Shown here in pieces: positions 50,904 to 64,000 of a DNA stretch of 64,000 bases. Source of the DNA: Bigelowiella natans CCMP2755 (Eukaryota; Protista; Cercozoa); assembly GCA_000320545.1 (NCBI GenBank), contig ADNK01000036.1, positions 62,001-126,000 of the forward strand, read 5' to 3'. The notes under the pieces were generated by a model. It did no database searches. It had not been told where the DNA came from and was given only the letters and a program-made list of their open reading frames with translations. A program made the translations under genes and the position numbers. The stretch's first letter is position 1; the number at the start of each line of letters is the position of its first letter.

Positions 50904-53900
50904 TCATGACAGTGCACATTTTTGGGCTCCAATATTTTCAGTACCACCCTTGCCGTTCTCTTTGGCGGAATTTGCGGCCAACTTGAAAAATCCCCATCGG
51001 GTGATATCCACAGTGCGCTTATCCTTGTTTGGGTATTTCTTCTTTATTCTTGCAATTTTCTTCTGCCTTTCTTCTTCTCCACCGAAGAGACGATCTTTAA
51101 TGTGGATTATCTTTTTGGGTTTTGCCCTTATATAGCGGGGACTTATTGTGCTTTTTTGTGTTCCAATAGTCTCTTCTCTATCGTTGTCCTCCTTTTCATC
51201 ATTAGAATAACCTTCATAATCTGAGTATCGAATTAGGTGCAGGAGTGATTTACGGCAAATAAGAGCCGGGGGATCACTGTTAGTGGTGATTTTCTTCCTC
51301 CTCTCTCTCATATCTATCTCGAAGATTCCTGCTTCATCCATAACTTCGAGCATGTTCTGACAGAAAGCTGTCACTTTAAATTGCTCCTGATCCATAAATG
51401 GGAATTGCTCAAGCAGATCTACAGCTGTTGGCCTCTCTTTTGCGTTTTTGATAAAACAACTAGACACAAATCCGCGGAAATTATGACTCCATTCCTTTGC
51501 ATCGCCCTCTTTCGGGGCCTTTTCTAACTTCATTTTATTGCCAAGCCTTGGAGCGGAACCATGAAGAATCTTATTTCTTAATTTTTTCAAATCATTTAGA
51601 TGCGAATTTGGAGCTCTGCCTTCTGCCATCTCGATTGCAGTGATACCCAATGACCATATATCTCCCTTAACTGTTACATTTTTTCCTTCCCAAACCTCAG
51701 GTGGCATCCACGGGGGAGATCCTGCCTGTAGGCGAGGTTTATCTGCATCTTCGTGTGGCAAATCCTCTATCTCTACTTCGTCTGAAATACCGAAGTCACT
51801 AAGCTTGACGAATCCTTCAATCGTGAGAAGAATGTTAGCAGCTTTAATATCTTTATGAGCGATCTTTTTCTCATGAAGAAATGCCAAAGCACGTAGCACA
51901 CAATGTAGAATGTAAGCAATATGTAGTTCTGTCATCAACGTTCTCATTCCCTGAATTAAGTCAAGGACAGACCCTCCTTCACAACACTCCATCACAATCC
52001 AGAGTTGCCCACGAGCATTTGGCCCACCATATCCTTGATACTTAACAATATTTGGATGTGCTTGCAGCCGGAAAAGAACGTCCGTCTCCGCCATTCTCTT
52101 CTTCAAGGCAGAATGACCGATTCGCTTTTTGAAGATTTTTATCACACAAGGAGTTTTGTTTGCCAAATTTTTGTTAATTGCCAGATGCACTTCACTAAAT
52201 CCCCCTTCCCCGATAACGGAATTCTCTTTCGCACATGCGGTACACATCTGAAATCCACAACCCTTTACAGGACACACGTGGATGATCTTACTGGATCCAG
52301 AACTCTTATTTTTGCATACCGAGCATCTAAAACGTTCGACTACATCTGGTTTCAACGTAATATCTATGCATTCCATCACATGGCGCCTCTTACAATAGAA
52401 CTCAAAGTGTTCTTCGAAAGATCCTTGCCATTTTAGATCATTATGAACGCGAAAAGCAGCACGTGTTCGCACTGGAATCGAGATTTCGCTGTTAACCTCC
52501 CTCAAGTAACGAAACTGTCTGCGCCAATATTCCAGCTCCTTCTCCGTGTGGCACTCCAAGCTAACTACCGTTTCCTTATTTCCACACTTGACGCGTAAGC
52601 CAATGGAATAGTAGGTGCCCTGAAAGGCGGGACACTTTTGGTCTTCTAAGAGCTGCATGTTCTTTAGTTTAAATATGGTTATGCTCCTTGGCGGCCGGCC
52701 GTTTAGAAAGAAGTCCGGTTCGCTCATAGAATGATTCTGGGAAGATCTCCTTCGTTTTATCTTTTCACTATGATCTACTATTTGAGACTCCATGCGCTTC
52801 ACCATATCCTTTTCATGTTTCTGACCTTTCTGTAGAAAATTTCCAACACCTTTCTCGAAGGTATCCAATTTGGCAGATATTTTTCCTTCATGTCGGAGCG
52901 TATCTGCAATAGAGAGTAACTTCCAAGTTTCCAAGTTCTGGTACTTTCTCTCACGTGTGGTCGACTTACGCATCAAAGGGGGCGAATGCTCTGAGGGAGC
53001 TCTAGAGATTAGTTTTGTGCCTTTGAAACTACTGGTGATGATTGAGGATCTCGACAAACTAGAAGAATTGATGTCATCAGTTCCCATCGTGCTGCTTCTG
53101 AATGCAAAAGTCCCAATCTCTTTCATCCTTACTGGATTTATTATTCTATATGGTAGAGTATCACATGGCGAAGGGAATGAAGCCTCTAAACCACTTCGAT
53201 ATTTGCTATCGGCAGAAAGCTTGCTCTTCCTCTCGTTCGCAATTTCGGACAAAGAGCTTTGTCTCTCCCTCCTGCTGAGCAAAGTTTCGAACTTCCAAGG
53301 AGAGTGGGTTTTATATAAATGACTTGGCTTTCCCTTCCCCTCTAGAGACTGTTTTGGTGCGATGAGAATGGCATCTAAATTACTCGAACATCGTACATAA
53401 CACGAGGGTATGACTCGGCAGTCCTTCCACCTGGAACCAATAAATACACGGGGGAATAAACCCCCCGACGTGAGGATACTTTTATGCCACTTCTCAGCAA
53501 CCTTCTTATCGCAGGAGGAAACACGCATTTCTTCTTCACAAAGATCCTGATATTTCTTATCTAAGTCTATACTAGCTCTCCGACATGATTGGATGATCTT
53601 TTTGAGACGTGATATGCCGCAGTACCAATCCCAGACAATCTCTTTTGCAATGTCCTGTCCCTGCAATGTCGCTTCTCTCGTCAAAGACTCGGCAACAACT
53701 TTAATCTCCTCTCCAGTATTTTTGACATGAACAATGACGTTCGAAGGATTCTGAAAGTCACATCTTACAACGGTACCCTCAACGATTTGCCGATTTTTTC
53801 TGCGGTACACATTTACCTTCTCCCCAACTCTAACACAGGATTTATCGGGGACAAGATTGTAAATTGTAGATCGTGGTAGTGTCTTAAGGTTTTGAGGTTG

Positions 53901-55686
53901 GTTTTCGTGCAAAATTACTAAGGTTAAGACTTTCAGATTTTTGAATTCTGGTAGCGCTTTCGAGATGTCCTCAAGCTCCATACATGCAACGTTTGCTATT
54001 CTCACAGATTCTATTTTAACAACTTCTCCAATTTCGTCACCACGTACTTTGTTGATAAAAAGGTGACGTAAGTCCTAAAATTTAAAATTTCAGAAAAGTG
54101 TAACAGATTAGCCTGTTTATTATTCATAATTTACCTGGCTTAGATACATGTGCACTTTCTTTTTATTCCATCCGAAAAATCCCTACCAGGAAGCAATATT
54201 AGGAGTGTGTTCCAGAAAAACGAAAGAACTTGTAAAGTAAACCTCTCTCAAATCCACAAACCGCTGGCCACGTAACAAACGCTCTATTAATGGTCGCTGA
54301 GAAATAATATATTTATCATTGATAGGCATGTGCATTGATGATAGGAAACGCTACCTCGTGTCTCGGAACAGTGTGAAGCAAGCGAATGACAGGGTTTTGA
54401 GTTGACGGGTTTGCCACGAATTCAAAGGTGATGTCCGTGAACAAATCCGCATTTTTAGATGTCGGTCCATCCTTGACTATCAACTTGATGTTGTCATTAG
54501 ATTCTCTACGCTTCTCATTCTCATCGTTTTCTTCTGGAGCGCTGTCTTCAATACTGTCGTCATTTAGTTGAACACGACTCTTTGAGTCGGAATAGGATCT
54601 GTGAAAAACACAGAATGTTTAAATTGTTACATTGCTGCTAGCTTATAAGTACAATTACCGAGAAGATGCTAACGACTTCTGATCTTCGTCTTCTGAAGTC
54701 ATTCCACGTATATTTTCGGATTTTTTTAAACCGAGTTCTTTTATGCAAAATTATTAATTCTTGCGTGCTTTATAATGTAGAATTTCTTCGGCAACCCAGT
54801 CTTCAGTATGAATGGTGCACACTGGAACCTTCTCCTATTTTCCTTCCTCGCAGCTCAAATCTGACTTGACAGGGCAACCTCGAAGAAAAGGTACAAAGAA
54901 CGAGACAAACAGGTAGGGTCATCCTTCTTTTAACCCACTTCTCCCGAACGTCCCCATTCCGTTGACCATATTAATGGATCACCTCTTTCAAGCCTGCGGA
55001 ATAAGAGCAGTCGCTGCGGATAGTGAATATGGGTAGCCATCCCCACCCTCTAGGTTCACTTGATAAGATAAGTGTGCTGGACTGAAGGGGGACTTCGTTC
55101 GATTTAGACCTCTTATTTGAAGACGCAGGCATAAAAGAGAGGGCCACGTTTCTAGAAATCGGAAGTTACGACCTGTCACATCAAGAGTCTTGTCGAGTGT
55201 CGGAAGGAAAACTGGACATCCTAGGACATCCGAACGACGCCAAGACGTCCTACGCATCTATTTCCAGAAATTTCGGAATTGGTGGATTCCTGATGTTGTC
55301 GTTAGGTAAAAGTGCATGCGCTGTATTCTATTTGCCCGTAAATTGTAAAACTCCCTGTTCTCATGGCCGCTTTTTGAAAAACTTACCAGCATTTTTGTAT
55401 TTTTCTCCATGATTTATCGCCATCACTACGGGTACGACATGTTATTACAGATAGGCGCCAAATTATTAACACAATATTAAAAAAAAAGGTAAAAAAACGC
55501 TGGCGACACGTTAAATGAACAAGGACTATTGGAGTCTGCGACAACATGATTCTGTTCAAGTAACATTGAAGTAGCCAGGTCAGCTTTGGTATTCTCAAAG
55601 AAATCTAATCCCCGTCGGTTATTCTCGAATACCGGGTAATTATGCTGGATGATTTCAGATAATTTTTCAGCAGTTGATCGCTGCAT
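50904..55686 (-). CDS. PH-like + degenerate CRIB + zinc-finger + STE20-like Ser/Thr kinase
   Basis: A 3.1-kb exon carries IGEGGFSEVH, VIKIF, HPNIVKY, LWIVMECCEGGSV, HKDIKAANILL, VKLSDFG, WMPPE and DIWSLGITAIEMAEG (STE20/GCK signature). Upstream exons run to about 55686; the start is uncertain. Confidence 0.88.
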
Positions 55687-55919
55687 GGCAAGCTGATAAG
55701 TTTCACTCCCAAAATGGTACGACTACGATGGGGTCCGGCGCTCCTCGTTCTTGCCACGAAGCTGATGCTTTCATCTGCATTACAAACTTCGTTGGATCAT
55801 ATTTCATCCAAATCCAGGTCGTGTAATATGCAGAAATTGTAACGAAGTGACACCGAATTGAGTGAATGCTTTGTATGTGAACAGGGCACTGGAATCGGTG
55901 TTACTGGACATCCACGTGG

Positions 55920-58315
55920 ATGACTACAGTAATTCTTTCTCGAGCAATAACTTTTTTACTGTCATTAATTCTCGTATTATCTACTAGGAAAAGTTGATTT
56001 GATGGATAAGGACTTCAATGAATATCTCCCACACGGTACGATAGCTGTTGCTTTCCCCCCAATCAAACCTGGAATAATCATTCATACGTGGTGACAATGT
56101 GCCTCTGCCTTTGATGATCACGTAGCATCAGAAATGGCAACCCATCCAAATCTTCCTGAGGCAGACGAATTCAAAAGGCATCTTGGGTAAGTCACAGCGT
56201 GACGTATTTCTTGTTTTCAACAGTCAAATTCATTTTGAGTGTTGTTCGTCAGGTATCTTCTGAGTTCCAGATGCTCGCAGCCGCAGAGACTTACTTCCAC
56301 ATTAAATTTTGGTGGCTTTGGCTCAATGCTGCACTCATCGATCAAACCAATTATGTGGGGTATGTCATAGATCCATCTCCTAACATGTCCAACAGTCGCA
56401 TCATCCCGCACTCACTTTACCTATCTCAAATACATTTCAGGAATGAAGTACGGATATTGCATGAACCTAAATTTTGACAATTTCGTTTACGGAAAATCGA
56501 AGGACTACTTCCAGCAAAACTTCCCAAACGACACGAACGCTTTCTCCCCACCAGCAGGTCAGTGACCAGTTCTTCGGACATCAGCAGCAGTCTCTCATGA
56601 TTCCGATCTTGACCTAATATTTTGTCCTTTATGCCACAGATTCTTTTGATAGGATACCAGATTGCCGCACTGATCTCGAGGCCCAAAATGTCCGCGCAGA
56701 TCGTTTTGATGTTCCCCTCGATGCTCAAGAATCATATGTTGCATCTGATGGAGGTATTATCCTCAAACGATAAGCTTACATTTCAAAAATGGTCTTGGGA
56801 ACCATTCTAAAAAATATATATTTTAATGCAGAGGAGGAACATCCATGTTTAAGAGAACTGCCAATGCTTGAGCAAAAGTCGGAGGAATTTATGCCAAAGG
56901 TGTTGCTTTTTATACTGACGAGGTTTAAACTTGCATAACTAACTTGTTTTGTTGTAGTTATTTCGCGGACAACCAGCGTTCTTTGCTGTCAGCAACATAT
57001 TCCACGCTCTATTTTCTCCTTCTAGTTTGATGGAAAGGAAGCTTACAGGTAACATTCTACAATATTTACGGGCTGAGTGAATGACATTCTCCATCTTTGC
57101 AAACATAGATAACGCTGCATATGAACACTCGCTCCATCATAGCTAATTTTTGTCTTCCACTTCCGTACTGACGACTACAATGATGACAGAAATGAAGAAA
57201 AGAATTAACTGGCCTTCAGACCGTAAAGTTCTCGGCCTCCATGTTCGATTAGGAGACGCATGTAATCATAATGCATAATTGAACATGATACAACAGATGC
57301 GTGAACTCAAATTAAATGTCTGAAGTGCGACGCGAAATGATAGTGATGTATCCTCTTTGTGCTAGGCTCCGATGAGACTCAAACATGGAGGGGAATAACG
57401 TGTTACCCGTTAAGCCGTTTCATGGGAAAGGTGTGGACATTGGAATGCGAATCTTCAGCGTTCAGCACAATACTGAATATGAGATGAGATTAGATGAGAG
57501 ATGAGAGGAGAGAATCATAACCCTTCTTACAAAGGCCTATTTTTCTCACACATTGCAAAAATCTAAATCCAACCCTAATCGCCGCTCCTTAGTGAAGGAA
57601 GTTACCAAATTGTACGGCATTAAAGATATATTCCTAGTCTCGGAGAGCAATAGCACCTTCCAAGAAGCTCAGAAGTAAGCAGCAAAACCTCAAGCATTAG
57701 TTTTTCTTGAAAGTTTAGCGCGTATTTTCGTCCGCACGATTACATTTTAATCTTTCACCGCTACCATCATCTCAGTTATCCTGAATTCAACTGGATAACG
57801 AACGGAGCTCCGCCACCAATCCCAGCAAATGTCGGCATAGAACAAGCGCTTCTCGGCAAAAAGTCTACTGGGAAAGAGGTAAATTTCAGTGATGATATTC
57901 ATCGTTGTTAACGTGGTCATGATTGTGTATCATCAAGAGATTTCGCAATGTCAAAATTGGGTGTTGATCTTGCTGTGTATGCTTCCATCTTCCTACTTGC
58001 CCAAAGGTTGGAGAACGGTGGTACTTGGAGATGATGCTAATGGCGGAGTCCCACGCGATGATCGGTACTCTAACAAAACAGGAGATTAAGAAAAACGATA
58101 ATCGCAAATCCAGCTTAACTGCCTCGATATATCAGATTTATTATTATTGGCAATTTAAAGCACTCATCCTATTGACACAGGAAAATTCTCAAGCAACTTC
58201 TTTCGTGCAGCTCTGGAGTTTAACTTCGGTAACTTCGCTAGAAGTGGCACAGTTGATGAAACATAGAATACAATTTGTGTGTTCTACTTTGAAATTTATA
58301 CATGTGGAATATGTC

Positions 58316-58355
<40 letters not shown>

Positions 58356-58725
58356 ACACACATACATAAATATTTATACATAAATTATAAAAACACATAA
58401 ATACTATCACAGGTTCAACACATAGCTTGAAGCCATACGTTAGCATGGATTCTTCATGGTGAGAGACTACACTAAGTCTTCTTTTCTCTTGAAACAAGTT
58501 GTAATTCTCACAAGAATCGTGCTGACATAAAGCGTTTTGAATTGATACAAAGGTGCTTTGGGTTTGGCGAGCTTCATCCACTGATTAAATCTGTTTCTGA
58601 TGAGGTACGGGATCAATGACATGCATCGATAAAAATTGCTTGACATGCGGTTTCTGCAGATCGAAGAAGCATTCCAACCGGAAGGCCAAAGAGTTTACTC
58701 GGATAGGCACAAATTTATATGCTGA
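55920..58725 (+). CDS. Alpha-1,6-fucosyltransferase-like (GT23/FUT8/NodZ) glycosyltransferase
   Basis: N-terminal anchor MTTVILSRAITFLLSLILVL, GGFGSMLH, VLGLHVRLGDAC (GDP-Fuc motif I), IFLVSES (motif II), LMAESHAMIG..GKFSSNFFRAALE (motif III), YVSMDSSWCF. Confidence 0.75.
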
Positions 58726-58939
58726 TGAATGAGCGGCATGATTTTAGATGGTTCACGATTGCGCAGACCATCTGAAGATTTAGTTTAATTTTAAGATTGG
58801 GAAGGACTCTGACTTAGTAACAGCCTAACCAATTATTACTTTATTAATCGTTTTTACTCGCGACATTACATTTAGAGTATAATTAGTATCAAGTTAAGCC
58901 ACTGAAACAAGAAAATTTCGAGAAAGAGTGGTTGTGTGA

Positions 58940-59930
58940 GCACATTGATGAATGATGCATCTTGCTTGTTAGCATCATCAGCACATTCATAGTGTTTTCC
59001 ATGATGATGAATTGTGCTGTAAAAATCTGGAAGCGGGCATGTGTGCGCGGACTGATGTCGCCTCAGTTCAAAGCCCTGTGCATGGTCTGCATGTTGTGCA
59101 ATACTTTGGGACGTCTAGACGTACGTTGCCAGATGAAGTGACATACATGTACTGATTCGAACATGATGACAATTACTATGCTCATTACGAACAAGCTTCG
59201 CTCGTATTTCTCTGACAGATCAAGCAACGTTTGCTAGCACTCGCTAGCTCGGGTGTGTTGAACTGTTCTGATCCGATCCACAGCGATGCCATACAACGGA
59301 GTTGATATGACAGCACAGCATGGCAATGCGATGCAGCAAGGCGCTGCACAAGCGTGGTGTGCCAATGTCAGTGCATGCGTGTGTCAAGATGGTCGTCGGA
59401 CACGTGCAAGGAGCGCGATCGACTTGTCACGTGCGCGCACGTGTGCGAACCACGCTTGCACGTGATGAACATTCTAGCTATGCGATGCCGTCGTCTCTGT
59501 TGAATCGTGCTATAGTGCCACGCTAGCAGTACGCGCGCAGCAACAATGAGCGCTCTGGCAAACTAGCAAGCTTCTAGCTAGCTGATGCTCGAGCACAAAT
59601 GATGATCCCGACGTACATCTAGACATGCTAGCACTGCAGCTAACTTGCTAGACAGCTAGTGCTGCCATTTGCGTAGATTGCCGTAAACTAGTTTTCGACT
59701 TGCTGTCATGCGCGTGCGATCTAGCGATTGTAGGCTATGCGCATTACTCGATCGAGGTGCCATTCTAGCATTCGCATCCTCATCGATCATGGCGTCACTA
59801 GCTAGCTAGATCATCCAGTCATGCTATAGCTAGCATCGTGCACACCGTGTCTGTCTGTCACACTGTCTAGCTGTCACTGACCCATTCTTCGACCGTGTGG
59901 AAGAGTTGCCCCGCGTGCGCTAGCTCAGCG
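58940..59930. repeat. CTAG-rich, partially TpA-depleted spacer between convergent genes
   Basis: About 20 CTAG in 59100-59930, no TA in about 59310-59470, and alternating RY tracts such as gtcacgtgcgcgcacgtgtgcg. Confidence 0.55.
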
Positions 59931-60074
59931 ATGCACTGCTATTTAGAATGTGCATTACTTCATGCTTATGCTTATTACAGCACCCACCACATTTGCAGTG
60001 CACACAGCGTGGCGTGTAGGCGGGATTTGCGCCTACATCTCTACATGCCAGGATGCATACGAGCAGTATTTTTT

Positions 60075-61300
60075 TCACGATGAGCTAGATTCTTTCCTTT
60101 TGCATCTCATGATAAGCCCATCTGCTGCAGAAGGTACGTTCGAATCTATCGGCGAAGAAAGAATTTCATCACCATCATTGTAGTTACTACTGTTATCCAT
60201 TTCGCTGTGGCCTTCATCATGGACTGCAACATTGTCAAGGTATTCCCCCTATTTTCAGTTAGTAATGTGGTCATAATCACTCACAGTCTGATACACACAA
60301 GAAGTCTATAAGAAAAATTTAAACATCGATGTACTTACATTTTCACTGTGAGGCAACTTGCGGAAAAGCTGCTTATTATTTGCAGAAGGTAAGAGCTCCA
60401 GCTCAGAGTTCCCGTTTACCTCTATGTTGCCATCGTCTCGATCTTTGAAGCATTGCCAGTATACAGTACCCAATAGAATCACGAGCGCAGGGACAACAAC
60501 CCCAGCAATTGCGCCCCCGATTATTCCTAATAAAAGAATCCTTATAAAACTTACAGAAACTATGTTAGGGGATGATAACAGGTATTATTGACCTTCTATT
60601 CCAATATCTCCAAATTTTTTATGTCTATTTTGCGGGTCCTTTGAATCTTCAGTACTATTTCTGCTGTCGGTAGCGTTCAACGGCGTGGTGTTAGTATCAG
60701 CGCCAAATGAATAGGCCATCGTTTGTGATGATGATGCCAAAGTTGAAAGCACCAACACCACTCGACCAACGCAAAGTGGTGTGCCTTCGCTTGCATTGCG
60801 AAAACGGCGGAACTAATGAAAGCAACAGTTGAGAATCAATCGTAAAGCATATCTTCATACGCCAACGTACCGTCCCCAGAAGAAGTGCAATCAAGGCTAG
60901 CACACGGTTGCAGCAGCCCGGAGTCGACATCAGCGTTTCAACCGCCTGGTGCTACCAGCCGATCGATGCTACTCTTCGGCGGAGTTATTCGTCGCCGGAT
61001 GGTGTGAATCCATTGTGGCAAGCCATTTGGAAGGCAAGGATCGACGAACTTGATGCACACATCCACACAAACACACACACACACTAAGCACACGTGCTCG
61101 TGGCACACAGCACGGACGATTTCTTCTGTTCCGCCGAACCCCGGCAATATGAGCGCGACGACATCCGTGGGGATCATCTGAATAACTCGACGGCGACAAG
61201 AGGGCTCTGCGCGATCAGAAAGTCTGCCCAATTGATGTCGCAGGCTTAAAATTCCCTTCGTTTTCAGCACCGATGCACAATCGGACCAACCTGTTGGACC
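60075..61300 (-). CDS. Hypothetical single-pass membrane protein
   Basis: TM exon GIIGGAIAGVVVPALVILLGTVYW (about 60455-60530), N-x-T sequons upstream (NTT, NAT, NST), and an acidic cytosolic tail ending in TGA at 60075. The 5' exons are unresolved. Confidence 0.45.
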
Positions 61301-61792
61301 TGCTCCAGACCTGCATTTCCAGTCAGGCTGCTTAAATTCAGAGCCATATGGCGGACATTAAATTGTCGTCCATTAAAAAAGAATGTGGTTTTTGTATTGA
61401 ATGCAATTGGAGCAGCGGACATTATATCTTAAAGGCTCCAGGCGGACACGAGAGCTGCTGGCCACCGCCGGAATGGAAACGCACCAGCCCCTGCCGAGGC
61501 ATCCTCTCACAGAGGAGGAGAAGGGTCGATGCAAAAAACTATCAAATTTAGTAGCGTTATGAAGATTTAGCCTGCCTCGGGGCGTTTCGGGTGACTCTAT
61601 CCCAAGGGGGGGGGGACACTAGTTGGTTGCACAGATGTCGATTTTGGTGACGAGTAGATGCTTGCACGCAAGAATCTTCATCACGGCGTGCCAGACATCT
61701 TTTCATATTTGAAAAACGATGGTTTGAGGAAGGAAGCTACTCGCTGCTAGCCATTTCCTTCGTCCTACCTTTCTCGGCGTTCAGAAATCATT

Positions 61793-64000
61793 TTGCTATT
61801 CCCATGCGCATTTTCTGCTGCGCAACTGATGATTATGTTTTCAGCTGAGGTAAGAAATAATTGGCGATTCGCGGCGGTAATGCAATTTTTCGGTTTCTAC
61901 TGGAGGGTGCACACGGACGGGGAGAGACTGTATAGGTGCTGCAGGGACTTCACAGCAATGGTGATAACATCATCAACACTCCTAATACAGACCACCACAT
62001 CATTTGGGGAAACAAAAAGATCTGTAGAAATTCTTATTTACGATGAGGGTAGGATTGATATGGTAGAGAGTTCAGTTGTTTAATCGTTGCAATCATATCC
62101 TTCCGTCATTCCGCCATGGCAGAAAGTTAAACTTGGGGAACCGAAACGGCTTCCCGCCAAAACTTTGAGAGAGACATGGAACAATATTTTGTACACACGC
62201 CTGACCAAGTTAACTCGTTTAGGATTTCGAGTACGCAGTTGTGAGACCTCTGTCAGGCGATCTGATGAAAGATATCGTTACTTCGCTCGTTAACGATGGA
62301 GAGTCACAGCGGAAATTTAAGTAAGTGTCACAATTGTTCTGGGCGATATCCCTTGTACAGTGCAAAACATATTCATGAAGTTATTGTGAGAGGAAGAGAC
62401 GCTACTTGGCCTTAGCAATTAAGGGGATTGCACAACTTAACTGCATCCTTATGCTGCCGGCAGATTTAGAGACTGGCATGAGGACCTGGTGAAGACGTTG
62501 GAGAAATTTTGGCCGACGATTGACAGTGAAGAGCTAGCACATCCTCTGTGTACTTCAGAGAAGAACTTGCACTTCGACTCTCTATCCTCGACCGATCGAC
62601 TCGAGATCTTGTACTGGTTGTGCTTTCGACTGATTAGCACTTCCGAGGATTTCCAACAGAGAATTCGAGGAAACAAGATCGATAGCGACGACATGCGGGC
62701 AGATTTATTGGGTCGATTTTTTTGAGTCACTTTTCACGTTTTTGGCCCTTATTGTATCCCCCATAGAAGGAAACATGTATACGATATCTGAAGGAAACAT
62801 TGTTGTTGATCATATAAATTTCACCGGGCAATGTCGTACAATAACTGCTGTTGCAACAATTTCTTAACATTCCAGGAGCTGAGAGTAGTTTCGTAGATAG
62901 ATACCTCCTATAATAACTAGTAATGGTTGTGTGACCTGCATCGTCGTGACCTCCTCGTCGTGAATATACGTCCTTTTCCCAGGAAAAGACGGAAAGGGCA
63001 ACCGATATTTTGGTGTATTCAACGACAACTGGATCTTCAGGGAGCACAAAGATGCCCCAAAATGGAACAGGGATCGTGACGTGCTCCCAAACCCACAGCA
63101 GGATGAAGAGGAGGACGAAGGTACGATCTACTTCATTGTTGCTGTTGTTGTTGTTGCTAATAATTTCAGACATAACAAATTCGAAAAATAAGTAAATGTG
63201 ATATGAGGGGGGGGGGGGAAGCATCACCAACTGCACTTCTTTTGGCTGTTCCTCCTCTCATAAACACCGTTGTGCTGCTCTGGTTGCTTCATGATCACCT
63301 TGTAAGAATCTGACGACGGCTGGACCGTAGTGTGCACAAACGAAGACGAGATTCAGGAGTGGACGAAGGAACTAGAGGAGGAGGTCAAGATGGCTGAGAA
63401 GACCAAGAAGAAGAAAAAAAAGGGAAAGTCGCGAAGCAGAAAGAGGTCATCGGGGACCACACCTGCCGCCGTCTCTTTCTCGGAGACACAAAAGAGAGAC
63501 CAGAGAGAGCTGGTGGAAGAAGTCATTGAAGAGTTTATGCCAAGAGTAGCGCCTTACGTAAAGGATGCAGAGAGAAAAAAGGCTCTCAGGAATGCTCCAA
63601 GGAAACGGTCGTCGCGCTTAGCCATGAAGGAAGAAGAAGATGCACGCAAGGCAGCGGAAGCGGAGGCGATAGCCGAGCGAAAACGGCGTGAGGACGAGAA
63701 GAGAGAGAAGGAACGACAAGAAAGAGCCCGACAGCGTAAACTTAAAGAGATGGAACTGAAGAAGAAGAGAGAGAAGGAGGCCGCCGATCGTGCGAAGGAG
63801 GAACGCGTTTTACGTATGCAAAAGCGCAGGGAACAGCTCGAGCAGCAAAAGATCCAACAGCAGAAGGCGAGGGAGAAACGAATGTTTGTTCGCCAGAAGA
63901 GAGAGGCCGCCATGCTGGAAGAGGCAATGGCTGCTTCGCTCGAGGAGGACAAGGGAAAAGAGGAAGAAAAAGAACAACATTTAAAGCGATCACAAAGACC
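61793..64000 (+). CDS. DDT/WHIM1/WSD chromatin-remodelling accessory protein (CECR2/RSF1-like), 3' truncated by the window
   Basis: VRNNWRFAAVMQFF (DDT-like), FDSLSSTDRLEILYWLC (WHIM1), LG|KDGKGNRYF and WTVVCTNEDEIQEW (WSD), PRKRSSRL, then a charged coiled coil. Confidence 0.7.

Overview
Gene-dense, intron-rich eukaryotic (protist) nuclear DNA with GT-AG introns and many intronic microsatellites. A signal peptide followed by an RLRGG motif hints at a chlorarachniophyte-like alga (inference). About eleven spliced genes can be reconstructed by eye: DUS2 (-), an RfnT-like MFS transporter (+), a PKD2/TRPP channel (+), a UCH-L3-type deubiquitinase with EF-hand and UBA (-), a UBL/STI1-like protein (-) that may be spliced to the UCH, TRRAP/Tra1 (+), a Tudor-like x3/PDZ/CPH-like/degenerate USB1-2H protein (-), a PH/STE20 kinase probably fused to a MAP2K (-), a GT23 fucosyltransferase (+), a hypothetical membrane protein (-) and a DDT/WHIM chromatin protein (+, runs off the end). 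The most unusual signal is non-genic: sharply bounded 0.8-1.6 kb intergenic islands (61-1320, 9480-10245, 46275-47840, weaker at 58940-59930) in which TpA is almost absent except within CTAG (or the half-sites CTA/TAG), while TG/CA are in excess. This fits a locus-targeted, two-strand A-to-G hypermutation at TA[not G], the opposite polarity to fungal RIP. Exon boundaries and counts are manual and approximate.
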